Positions 24,376-36,217 of a stretch of 64,000 nucleotides of DNA are shown one piece after another. The position numbers and the translations under genes are program-made. The DNA lies in contig JAMWBK010000008.1 in NCBI GenBank assembly GCA_029953675.1, positions 1,612,001 through 1,676,000 of the forward strand, given 5' to 3'. Position 1 is the stretch's first letter; each line of letters starts with the position of its first letter. The stretch is from Rhodosorus marinus CCMP1338 (taxonomy: Eukaryota > Plantae > Rhodophyta). The notes under the pieces are model-generated. The model saw only the letters and a list, made by a program, of their open reading frames with translations. It was not told the origin of the DNA and searched no databases.

Positions 24376-25623
24376 TCAAGAGACGAGCTTGCTTCGATGC
24401 GAGGGTCTCTGATCCTCTTCCCTAATCTCAGGTGCGCATCGCTTCACGCCAATGTCGGAAGCCTCCTCGTCGCTGATACTCGAGCTCCAGCTTGCTAGTC
24501 TTTTCACAGGACTATCACTGTCCTCTGATGTGGTCGCATGACGGTATCCCTGGCCGCTGAGGTTCAGTAGACCTTCCAGTGCGTCGCTGAGCACGCTCGA
24601 GGGGGGGGATCCCGGCTCCGTGGCAGAATGCTCTCCATAATCAGTATCTTCCTTGGCATCCTCGTCGCTGTCGAAGGCCGCGAGGGAAAGTTTTTTCGCG
24701 CGACGAGAAGCGGAAAGGTGTTCATCACGCTTGACTTCCCATCCAGGATGGGCTGCAATCCAGGCTGTGACATTGCGCTTACAAGGCGCAGCGTTGCCGG
24801 AAACAGTTCTTCCAGTCGCAGGATCCCAGACCGTGACTCTCGGCTCCCTTGCCGCGCGACCATTCTGCTCGCTAGCCAATCCAGACGATCCACTGCTCAG
24901 GGACCCAAGGAAACTTGGCTCTGTGAGCTCCGGAGACCTCTCGGAACTGGTCCCAGAGTCGCCGGACATGATTTCCTTGTGGGACGAAATTCCCCTGTCC
25001 AGAATGTACTTCGCTGTGTTCATGACGCTGATCTGCGTCTTGGAACCGCCAACGGTTGTGACAATGGTCTCCCATCGGTCCTCTGCTAGCCGATCCAGCT
25101 CAGCATCTACGCGGGCGAGCGAAAAACGAAAAAAAATTAGCTTTGCGATATCAGCGGGGATATTTCCTTCCGCAAACAGGTTTCTGGACAGCAACGAACC
25201 TGACAGAAGGAGCTGTTCACCAACGCGGACGAGTGCCTCCTCCAGTCTGACGTACTCGTCTGCAGACCAATCTGAGGCCAACGGAGTACTGTCAGCTGGA
25301 TCAGTAAGCAGCGAGACATCATCCAAGAGGGCCTGTGCTACTTTCTTATGCGCGCACAAAGCAGCGAACGAGCTAGCGGCCAACTTGGCCCGTCTGGCCG
25401 CGGACCTTCTCTTGCTCGACTTCAGCTCATCGGCTTTCTCCTCCCATCCTGGGTGTGCCTTGAGCCAGACCGGTAAGTTCTTCCTATACGGTGCAGCATT
25501 TCCCGCCACGGTCTTCCCAGTCGCTGGCTCCCAGACAGTAACGTGCTCATCATCCATCTTCACACCGCTGAAGATCAACGACGCATACGGCGGAAACCCT
25601 GCAGAACTACCACCCCTGCCCAT
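24376..25623 (-). CDS. Stand-alone double-BRK-domain protein (paralog B)
   Basis: ATG at 25623 (MGRGG). It has the same two BRK-like motifs and the KADELKSSKRRSA linker as paralog A, plus a Myb-like DWSADEYVRLEEAL segment. Confidence 0.75.
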   Translation of the reverse strand: MGRGGSSAGFPPYASLIFSGVKMDDEHVTVWEPATGKTVAGNAAPYRKNLPVWLKAHPGWEEKADELKSSKRRSAARRAKLAASSFAALCAHKKVAQALLDDVSLLTDPADSTPLASDWSADEYVRLEEALVRVGEQLLLSGSLLSRNLFAEGNIPADIAKLIFFRFSLARVDAELDRLAEDRWETIVTTVGGSKTQISVMNTAKYILDRGISSHKEIMSGDSGTSSERSPELTEPSFLGSLSSGSSGLASEQNGRAAREPRVTVWDPATGRTVSGNAAPCKRNVTAWIAAHPGWEVKRDEHLSASRRAKKLSLAAFDSDEDAKEDTDYGEHSATEPGSPPSSVLSDALEGLLNLSGQGYRHATTSEDSDSPVKRLASWSSSISDEEASDIGVKRCAPEIREEDQRPSHRSKLVS

Positions 25624-27392
25624 ATTCACCCTCCCAAGCAAACACTAATAACCCTCTCAACCTCCTCACCCATGTAACTTCATCCCACCGCCCAACCAAC
25701 ACCAGTCACAGTCATCACCTTTAAGGTCACACCCAAAACCCCTGCCGCCCCACGTATCCCCCACATCCCAACCCGCCTCAAAGTCTTAACTGGCGCAAAC
25801 CACCGAAAACAGATTCACAAACCGTCGAAAGTACTTCTCCCCCCCCCTAAAGATCTCCTCCACCCCCACCCCCCCCAAAACGAAAATCCTCCACAATCCC
25901 AAACCTAATCTAACACAAAAATTACACTATTTTTTTGTCGCGACAAAACGGATGAAATCTGCGAATGTTCCATTTCATTGAAATATACACTCCAATTCTA
26001 CCCCCTTCTCCCCTCCCCCACCCAACCAAAAAAAAAACAAAACCGTCGGGACAACGCGAGACTACCCCCCAAAAAACGCACGACAACCGCAATCCACACA
26101 CGTACCCCCAGACGATATCGAATTTTACTATCAACTAAGCGATGTACTAAGATCCATTCAAAATCAGTCAAAATATTATTTGGATAGTCTATAAATTAGA
26201 ACATATTCATTTATATATTTATAAAAGATTGATCAAATCTTTATTGGAGTTATGGGTTAGTAGTAAATTGTACATATCTCACTTGCGATAACCTCCACTC
26301 CCTCCCCCCTTTTCTCTTTCCCTGCAAACACCGAGTTGGAATTCCAGCGCTGAGTCAGTGGATTTAAGGCGGTGGGAATGGAGGAGGAATTCCGGCATGA
26401 ATCTGCCGTGCTCGTGGCGGTACATATATATATTTCTTAATTTTTATTTTTTTGGGGGAACGGGAAAGGAAGGGACGGCTCTAGATTGGATATCTACTGA
26501 TAGACTATATTTGAATGAAAAAAGGATTTTAATGTGAATGTTTTATTGTTATTTTATGTAGAGTTGGATTTCAGGGATCGGCGGTGGGGCATAAAATAGC
26601 GCCGTTTCGTAATCTGGATTTTTTTGTTCATTTGTTCGAGATGCAGAGATGAAAAATTTAAAACTATTCGGAGGATATGAACTCGTGGTTTATGTCGATG
26701 GACAGCGCATAAAAAAGCAGTGAATAATTCTTTAGTTTTAATTAACGAAACAAGGGGGTTGGAGGATTCCAACAGGGGATCTTACAAAAATATTCTTAAT
26801 ACTTGGAGTTTTATTTGTATGGAGAATATTTTATGCGCATGTGATAGATTAGTTCTGGTTAAGAATCTCCTCGGACCAGATTTAATTGCATTATTTGGGG
26901 AGGACAAAAAAAGGGGGGTGGCGAACTCTTTGGGGGTTAGATGCTGTCTCTAGGCAGGTGGACTTCCGCAGTTAAGACTTAGCCTGCCTTCCTCCCGGCT
27001 GTGAACCGCTGGGCCGGTGGCCAAAGAGACAAGAATCTCCGTGTAGGAGAGAGCGCATCGCGCGGAGGGCGTAGTTTAAAGAAACTCTCTCCTGGGGAAG
27101 CGCCGCAGGGGACGAATCTAGCCTTCACCATCACCCGAAACTTTGGGGGAACAAATCAAAATTTGAACGTTCACCGTGTTTAGACTGTTTTCAAATCTCC
27201 ATCAGAATCTTCGCCCCGTAAAACTGATTGCGACAGCTCTGTCCGAGGAAGTTGAGGCAATGCGTAAGGGACGGATCGGGTAGCACGGATCAGGGAATGG
27301 AGCGATTTCTGCGGTAGCCAGTTCCCCGAGCAACTGGGTTGCTGAGGGTCTGCAATGCCGCGGATCGCACGAGATAGGGGTTGGGACATTCC

Positions 27393-27793
27393 CGAAGAGT
27401 CAGGAGAGGACGTAAAATTAGGCCAAGCAAAAACAATCGACCTATCAAACATTCCCCCCCACCCCCCCCCAAGGGGAATGTTGGCCATATTACATTCCGA
27501 CTCTTCCTCCGCACACGGTGATCCGCGGGGGACATGCGAAAAGCACGTGTTTTGACAGGTTTGCGGGCCTTTCGAATCCTCCCCCCCCCCAAAAAAAAAA
27601 AAATTCCATAACGCCCATGAAATTCAGTCAAGAGCATTTTAAAAATTAAAAAAAACACAAAATGAACATGTAAATAGATTGATTCAATCCCGATTCTACT
27701 TGGGTTCGTAATGGGTTAGCTGCGAGCATTTCTCGGTGGGATAGGTCGATTGTTTTTGCTTGGCCTAATTTTACGTCCTCTCCTGACTCTTCG
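27393..27793. repeat. 54-bp inverted repeat pair (27393..27446 / 27740..27793) with an associated diverged direct repeat
   Basis: cgaagagtcagg...cgacctatc versus gataggtcg...cctgactcttcg; tccgcacacggtga... occurs at ~27509 and ~27794. Confidence 0.85.
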
Positions 27794-29229
27794 TCCGCAC
27801 ACGGTGACCCGCGCCGGACACGGAAAGCGCGTGTTTAGAAGGATTGCGACCAACGTTCATCCTTGCCGGTGTTTTCGAATCCACACGTATGACGGATATT
27901 GACAGCGGTGCGTTACGTCATTGACCGCGCCGCAGTCAATGACGGTTTAGAAACACACGGCGGAATTCGGTGCGTGGTCTGATCACAAACCTCGCGAAAT
28001 CTCGCTACCCACAGGAACACTGCCGCTCCTCGCTACAATTTCCGCGCAGCAGCTAGCGATTGATAAAAGACGATACCATAACGGTCCCTGTGCGGCCGAG
28101 AGCGAGTGTGAGGCTTCATGATAGCACTTTTTTGATCCCACGGACTTATTCTGTCTTATCAAGGCTGTTCCTCATTGTCACCTGCGAATAGTCTCATTCC
28201 GAATAGCCTCCCGACCGTTCCCAACTCTCTTTCAAGGCGACAAGAGAGACCCTTGCGGCACCCAAGCAATAGGCAGCTCCCCCCTCCCTCCTTCCGGGAA
28301 AGTCGCAAATTGCACCCATAGACCAACATTCAGTCAACGGATTCTCCCGCCCTAGAATAAATTCCAAGACGAACCCGCCCCAAAAATCGCATTTATCAAT
28401 CATTTTCCAAAGGAGGGAATATCTCAACCACCAATATCCAATCAAAAATGCTTAGTACGAAACAGTTGTAGCTGTACGTGGAAAGATAGGGCCGGCAAAT
28501 ATGAAGAATTAACATTCCAACGTTTCTATTGGACAAAAAAGGGTATCTCGCATCAGTCAATTTTAGACCAACCGTCGTACTGGCCCAAAATTAGTGATAA
28601 ACAATAATACCTTGGGAAAAGGTGAAAACGCGTTGCAATTTGTCTTCACGCTGGAGAGTTCTTTTCAGCTGATGAGCAAACGAACGTCGTGGGTTGAAGC
28701 AAATTGGCGGATGGAGTTTCTCCCTCTCATAGTAAGAAAGAGGCTTAACAGCTGTTTGTCTGCTTTGGAAGCTACTGGAGGATGATCTTGTAATCGCTTG
28801 CCGCCATTTCAATGCGTTTCAGAGTCACACGGGTAGAATGAAACGTTGGGAAACAGAGTCTAGAAGAACGCGGCTTGATAAGCAATGACGGCGGTGATCT
28901 AGGTCTGATTTAGACAGTTGCACGGACAGCCAGTAGCTTCCAAAACCGTACGCGTATTGCTGTTCTGGGTAGTTGAGATCACACCACGGTCACCTTTTAC
29001 CCTTTAGACTTATGTCTTGGCTCTTTTTTTCTGGAACAAGGTTACATGCTTGTGAGTTGCCATAAAACCTGTGTTTGGTGGAATGCATCCCGTCAACTCC
29101 AACTTTAGTTCTGCTTTGGTCTGGTGCTTCTCTGCTCGTACTCCAGTCTGTGCGTATGACCGCTGCCGTGGCTTTGGAGGCGCGTGCGTGATCTTTGCCT
29201 TCAGTAGTCTTTTTTTACACTCTGCATTT

Positions 29230-31110
29230 TTTTATGTCTAGTGTTATCAGTTGTGCGTTTTCACATGAATGATTACTGCATAGGCGTCGCCAGAAGGTTA
29301 CAAGTACACGTCGATTGGCGATGTGAAGTCAGATCCGACCTTGAATAAAGCAAGCTTAAGATTGACGGACTAACTTCGTCCGTAGGTCATGAAGCCGTCG
29401 ATCATCCGGAAGAAAATGATACCAGCATCTCAAAATGGGAGAGGACATCCCTCAAGCCAAGGTGCCAACCATGCATCGAGGAGTTCATTCGAGCTGCACC
29501 ACTGAGAAGCTAGCCTCATAATTCTTGGCACTTGTGGATGATGCCACAAGGTTTATTACATGCCGAACTTTCTCTCATCTGAGGATGGGGCGAAAGCACA
29601 GCTGATCAGTCTATTGCGCAATCTAGAAGACCAGTCCTTGCAGGGTGAAGAAACTTCGCACTGATAACCGAGGAGCATTTCAGAATGTAATCCTGAAGGC
29701 TTTCACAGACAGCTAAGGAATCGAACATCAGTTGAACCCCCCGGATACACTGCAGGCGAATGGTGTGGGCTGAGAGGATCAACTATACTCTGCTCACGAG
29801 ACGTCGGGTATAATTTGCAGACAGCTAGATGCCGAAGGAATTGCGGGCGGAAAGCACTAAACGCCGCTATCTACCTTGACAATGGAGTACCCCAAATAGC
29901 AACGGGAGTGCTACTGCGTTGCCAAAAGGTCCCAATATTACATTATGAGGCAAATGGGGTTGAAAGAGATCGTCCAGGCAGGGCGAGTTAGTTGACGGAC
30001 CGGCGGAAGCTTGATCTCCGATCGCGTGAGGTGGTCCAATGCGGCTATAGCCCCGACGAATCGAAGATCCATCATGTGTGGGAGCGTAAAAAAACAAAGG
30101 TTTTCGCACCACTATATTTGAAACCTGTCTCCGGCACTAACACAACGGTTTGTTCTGGTCTACTACTGGAGGGGGACTCTCTGCGCCCTTCCAACGCGTA
30201 CCTCATTGAGCGACCTTAGCCACCGATTAAACAGATCTGTCTGTAAGTCTGCGCTCTGGAATAGGTGAAGATGCAACTACTACGCCTGAAGAGGTTGTTG
30301 CTCGGCTATGTGAGGAAGAGAGCGCAAGCAGATAGCTGAAACACTAGACGCCGGATCAGAGTCCGAACAACCCGAAGATCTACTTCCTGAAACCAATGCT
30401 GGATGAGAACCTAGGTCTACACGTAATTATAGAAAGACCTGGCGCTATGGCTTCGGATCACGGGAGGTGGATGAAACACGTCGAGCCCGAGCCATACTCG
30501 GGTAATCTCAAAGGTGAAGACCAGCATTAGTGGTTAACTCCAGTTCAAGCCGAGCTTAAAAGAGCTTGCTGGAGCACAAACCTTTGGACGGGGTGCAAGA
30601 GATACCCGAGAAATACTCCGGCATTCTCAACGTTGAAGACCAGCGTTAGTGACTAACTCCAGTTCAAGCCGGGCTTAAAAGAGCTTGCTGGAGCACAAAG
30701 CATTGGACGGGGTGCAAGAGAAATCCGCTGGAAAGAAATTAATCGGTGTTAAACAGGTATTGGTGAGAAAGGAGGATGCAAATTGAAGGTTGCTCAAGTT
30801 CAAGAGGCGTCCTGTGGCGAAAGCTTATAACCAGTCGTACGGAGGTGTATCGAGTGGGTGATGATCAGACGCACGTACCTGTGGTGAGGCTTGAAACGCT
30901 TCGAGCGCTTCGAAATGCTTATCTTCAGAGGCCGCACAACTTGGACAGGCTGATTTTCCTACTGCATTCCTCGATGAGAAGTTCAAGAGGACAACTACGT
31001 TGAGGTCCTACGACGACCAGACATCAGCGCTGGAGGAGTTCTGTTAAAGATATCCTTATTTTGCTCAAAGCAAGCGGGTGCTGCGTGGAATCAGGTAACA
31101 CTCGAAGGGC
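29230..31110 (+). mobile_element. Degenerate Ty1/copia (LTR remnant, PBS-like, IN, RT start; no gag/PR)
   Basis: AATAAA at ~29344; PBS-like GGTCATGAAGCC at 29385; ALVDDATR, LRTDNRGAF, P..T.QANGV..R (IN); EP.S...EDQH*W..VQAELK, KKLIGVKQVLVRKEDAN, KQAGAAWNQ (RT). Many stops; ~120-bp tandem duplication at ~30500-30730. Confidence 0.75.
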
Positions 31111-33220
31111 TTCATGCCTCACCGCATGTACGTAGCAAAATCCACCCTACCACTCTAGTTGTAGCCTTTCCCCACCAGACGCACCTTCAATAGTGCAACG
31201 AAGAGGGCAAGGAAGACCTAGATCAACGTACGTGTTCTGGAAACCGTCTAAGTCCTCCACGACCAGATCAGCATCTCTTCGAATGCACCAAAATGCCGAG
31301 TAGGGGGTTGAGAAAGCATTGACTTTGGAGTGGTAGGAAGTGCAGAAACCAGCAATGGTTATCTGAGCATGTAACGATTATTGGAGCAGGTGAATCCATA
31401 AAACTTTTTGGGGATGACGTCGATGGGAGATGCCTGGTTACAGACAGCTGCTTGTTTGTTCTTGACTAAGCGTGAGCGCGCATGATTGCCGGCATCCTTC
31501 GACCGCCGCTAGGATCGGTTCCGGTATTTTGCCCGCGGGTAGTGTCTGAACGTTTGTACGCGGTTCTAAATACGGAAATGATCAGCAGTGTCAAGAAACA
31601 AGACACACACCCAACTTGGAATTAAAACAAAAAAGATTGGAGACCATAAAAGGAATACACAGCTCTGCCGCGTTGGCGTCGATGGAATGGCGAGAGTTCT
31701 CCACAGAGCATTTCTCTTTCATAAAAAGGAGCCCGATTGAGTAAGAGATCCTTAGCGTCCTCTCCTCTTTGTAGCTTTCTTAAGTGCCCCAGCCTGTGGT
31801 TTCAAATAAGATCCCGTTTTACATACGGACGGAGCATTCGGAGTTTATACACGAAAAGTTTCGCTCTGAAAAGACTTGATCTGATATTCCCGGTCTCAGC
31901 TATGTACCCCCTTCCGCAAGTGCATAGATGAAGTGCCCTTTTCATGTCCGCAAGTCAAAAAAAACACCAAACAAACACACCAATACCCCCACGACCAGAT
32001 ATTAGCTCCCTGCGTTCCAAAACTCTGGCCCTCCACATCACTGCCGCGATCCGCCAGCAGTCCCACTTGCCAATACAAATATTGTCTACAATGACCACAA
32101 CTCCCCGATGTCATTCAGGCTACTTTTAGGACATATATAATTATTTTGTTTGACATTTCAATATATTAATGAACGAAAACAAGAATAGATGATGTCTAAA
32201 TGTAGAAATAATACTCGAAATGAGTTTTTCTTTACCCCCCTCCGCTACTCGCCTGACACGTGCGGAAGACATCAAAATTCAAAAAACTTAAAGAATTAGT
32301 GACTTTGTCAGGAACTTATGATAGCATTCACACCCCTACGTTTGGGGATCTTTGGTTTTTTCTGAAGTCTGATTTAGAAAAATCCTTGTTCAAGTGTGCG
32401 CTGTTTTTCGTCCGTTTTTTGTTGGTTTTGTTTTGGAGGTCGTTTCCAATGCAACGGTTGATGAAGTTGTCGCGGGCAGAGTTTCGGTTTTGGGGGGGTA
32501 TTCACCTAGTCATAGAGGGACCCGCTGGCCGTAGTTGACACTAGTCCGAGTGGTAAGCCCATCCCACTAGTAGTTTTGTCTGTTCTATATGGCTTACGGT
32601 GAGGAGCTTGTGCTGGACGGAGGATTCCTCCGCTGCCTTCTGTGCCAGGCAATTCTAAGTCCGACCCGCCTACAAACGTACGCAAGCTTGTGAAGACCAA
32701 AGTCTCAATCTCGCCAGAGGACCACGCTGGTCCACAGGCGGGCCAGCGTCCCATCCATACTCATTTAACCTCCCGTGAGCACCCGAAGCGATTTTCCAGG
32801 AGAGATCGTCCTCGAATTACGTAGTCGCCATCTAAGAAATCGCCAACCTACACCAATGAAAAAACAAACAACCAAACAAACCAAAATACGCAACGGCAAA
32901 AAAACAGAAAAAGAAAAGGAGCCCACCACCAACCACTCAACGAGCAAGGGTCGCAGCCCGGCCGAAAGTGATCGTAAGCCAATACCCCCCCGTGTGCTTG
33001 ACTTACAACGATCACTGAATTTCTTTGAAAGAAGAGACAGGGACAATGGTTGACCGGACCGTTAACTTTCAGTACCCCAAAAACAACCAAAATGGGAAAA
33101 TCGAAACTTTTTTACCCCCCGGGTGGACTTTTTATTGAATATCTTTAAAAATAATAGAAACCTAAATAAGTATTGAGTAGCCCAGATGTTTTAATTAATT
33201 CCCAAGAAGATAAGCAGAAG

Positions 33221-33610
33221 GAAGAGTCCGATGGATGGATGGATTTACCAGAAGAATGCATCTGATCAGGCGCGGAATCGAACGAGCGATCGAAGAGTTG
33301 TCTAATGCCTTAGTTTTTTTTGAAAACATTGTATCTAGACAAAAACAATTTTGCTCATAGGAAATCAGATGGATGAGTCCCATAGAGGGATGGATTTAAT
33401 AGAAAAAAGCATCTCATCCGGCCCGGAATCGAACGAGAGATGAAGGAGTCTAAGGGAGTAGTTTTCTTTGAAAATAATTCTATCTGGAAACAACAAAAAA
33501 ACCGAATAGAAAATCTGGAAGAGTCCGATGGATGGATAGATTTACCAGAAAAAAGCTCCTAATCAAGCGGATTCGTGGATCCAGGAGCGTGTAAATAGAG
33601 TAGTTTTATT
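33221..33610. repeat. Degenerate ~150-bp tandem repeat (about 3 units)
   Basis: Units start at 33221, 33372 and 33518 (GA.GAGTCC.AT.GA.GGATGGATTTA..AGAA.AA.GC...). Confidence 0.75.
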
Positions 33611-34006
33611 TGAAACAAATGGAAACAAACAATGTATTGGGAAATATTTGGTTTTCGCTCGTACCCCCAGAGAACGAGGAGCCCGACTGCTCTACGAATG
33701 AGGGAAATAGATCTCCAAAAACAATAAGAAGTCCCCCCAGCGTGACAGTGCATCCAAAAACTACTTTTTCCCAACGGCGGATAGTTTACGATGTAGAGAA
33801 AAAAACAAGACCGCCCAAATCTCCTTTTTCCCGTGCATTTATCAGACTTTCATCTACTGGTAATTTTTTTTAACTATTTCATTTTCGGCGATATGTAATT
33901 AAATTGTTGCCGAAGATGTAAATGTTTTTTTCCATATTGTTTTCCTTGTGTATGATGTGAAAAAGGGGGGGGGGGTTGGGGGTTCTGCATGAGAAATGCG
34001 TAGTCG

Positions 34007-34350
34007 TTTTACCTGGCTTTATTAGCATAGCCTAAAGCGCTTCGCAAACCTAGAAAAGGAACTAAGAACTAGTAGGAAGCGTGCAAACCCAGGTGCCGAT
34101 GGCGCGCCTCGGCAAGCATGCTGCTCGAATATCGCCACAGAGAGACGCTTAAACGCCGCAAAAGTTCCAAGTATTCAAGGGGATCCTTAGTGAAACATTT
34201 CCGCAACCACTCCAAACGCGCCTTCTCCACGTGACCAAAGCTTTCCTCAATGAAATGCTGGAACCGACTAACATCGCTCATAGCCTGATACGCTACTTTA
34301 GGGACTAGGGAGAAGAGCATGCAAGCCTAGACGGCGGTGGCGTGCCTCGG
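34007..34350 (-). mobile_element. RLE non-LTR retrotransposon (CRE-like subfamily A), 3' fragment c1
   Basis: ORF 34069..34320 FQHFIEESFGHVEKARLEWLRKCF...LRRLSVSLWRYSS plus the conserved 3' UTR and tail. Confidence 0.8.
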
Positions 34351-34455
34351 CGAGCAATGAGTCGTATTATGAATTTTTGGAATTGCTGTCCAGAACAAAC
34401 ACAGCTTCAACAATCTTTTTGACCCCTCCTCTCTAGAGTACCTGCGGGAACCGGG

Positions 34456-34530
34456 TTTTTACTGGTTTTTACTAACGTAGCCTGATGCGTTACGCCAAAA
34501 GTAAAAGGAGACTAGGGACTCGGGAACAGG
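34456..34530 (-). mobile_element. CRE-like subfamily A, extreme 3' fragment c2
   Basis: tttttactggtttttactaacgtagcctgatgcg...actagggact matches the 3' end of the other copies. Confidence 0.7.
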
Positions 34531-36217
34531 TAGGAGTGTGGATGGGGGGGGGGGGATGGTTGGGCTTGGTCACTTGATATTTATAACAACTCGAAACTTT
34601 GCCATTTTCAAAGTTTTCACTACGTGAGTGTTTCACTCTAGTTACAGCTCTACTCGAATCGCCTCTGTAAAAGATGACCCGGCGTTGGAGGAGATGATCT
34701 TAGGAATATTTTGCAAACTACGAATTTGTCACACCCCTGCACCAGGAAATTGCTTTCACAATGCGCAAGTTTTCTCCGGATGAGAGCACGTAGCACTGTC
34801 CCATGACGCGTTTTTTTTTTAAAGAGTCCACCACTGTAAGTAAAACCACCACTGTCCCATCACTTTTTACTTTTTTTTGGAAGCAAAGGTATTGCTGTGG
34901 AAGACACTGGGAATGCGGACGGAAATGGTTGTTTCCTGATGAATTTTCTCTCTTTTCAGTTCCTTACACTGTAGTTTGGAATTCAGTCAATATGGACGAG
35001 CTCTCCACCAATTCTTTCGAGGTACTCGGCGACGTATGTATACACACGTGGGTTTCTTGTGTTGACCGAGTTCGGCGTATTTCGGGTTGTATCGCCCCCA
35101 CCCAGCCAAACCAAATAGGGCCTTCAAACGATTTTCAGGTTGTCGCATACTTGTTAATTGATCAGGAGTTGATATTTCCTGCTTCACCCACGAAATCTTG
35201 CCCCTGTTAATCGTCCCTGGTGGAAAGTGGGGACATTGGGGAGAGTGCGGGTGGGGAGGAGGGGGGGGAAAAGCTTCCCCTTAACCCTTGGCCCTGCTTT
35301 GGAGATAATTTGATGGACTTGGGAACGACATGTTTTTTTCGCATAAAATGGAATTCCGGTCAACGCACAAACGGGGCTGAGTTTTGGTTGAGGGCTGTGG
35401 AAGAAAAAAACTTCTAGGAAAGCTCAGAAAAACCCTGTCCTGGCCTTTTGTACAAGAGGAGGCCAATTGTTAAAAGTATTCATACCTTCCTTTCAACCGA
35501 CTATATTCCTGTTCCCCTTCAGCAATTGCATTTCTTGAAATACCATCCCCCCCATCCAACGGATTCCTCCACCCCTCGGGACGGGAATAAAATCCACACG
35601 CCCAAACCTCCTCCGTATTCCCCGGTTTACTTGAATTTGGACATGACACGACCCAATGGCCCCTCCCCCCCGGGCTCTCCAGTCGAATTCCAGCAAGATA
35701 GTCTCGACCCTAAACAACGATATCAACTTTGCGACTTTTCTGTTTTTGGGTTCCGAGGCCATGGAAGCGCGCGCAACACAACATGCCCTCAAGCCTGACG
35801 AACTCCAAAATGAGGCAATAAGTCCCCAACTTCCAGGGGTGGAAGTGTTGGTGCGGATGTAGCCACCATCCATCCACGCAACTGTCCTCTATCGCGCACC
35901 CTCTCCAAGCTGTTTAAAAACCGAAATCTTCCCTGAATCGTTTCAGAGAAGAAAAAAAGATCATCTATCATCGATCGTGAAGTTGTGGCAAGTTTGTCCC
36001 AAAAAACAGGGCTTGGAAAAACCCTTTCCTCGGGACTAGTTTATGAATGAAATTTAGAGTCTTAGATTCGTTTGTCCAATGAAAAGATGTGTTCGGTGTT
36101 GTCGTCGAAGATTATTTGTTGAGAGGGTACCGGAAGTGGATGAGAAAGACTAGCTAAAAACAAGCAATAAACAAGATTGGTTTTTTTTTTTTTTGGGGGG
36201 GGGGGGGGAGGTGGTGG

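Noticed and set aside
24653-25648. 331-aa + strand ORF, and 21203..21829, 2418..3068, 10981..11580
   Set aside because: Antisense shadows of recognisable genes, with no independent motifs.
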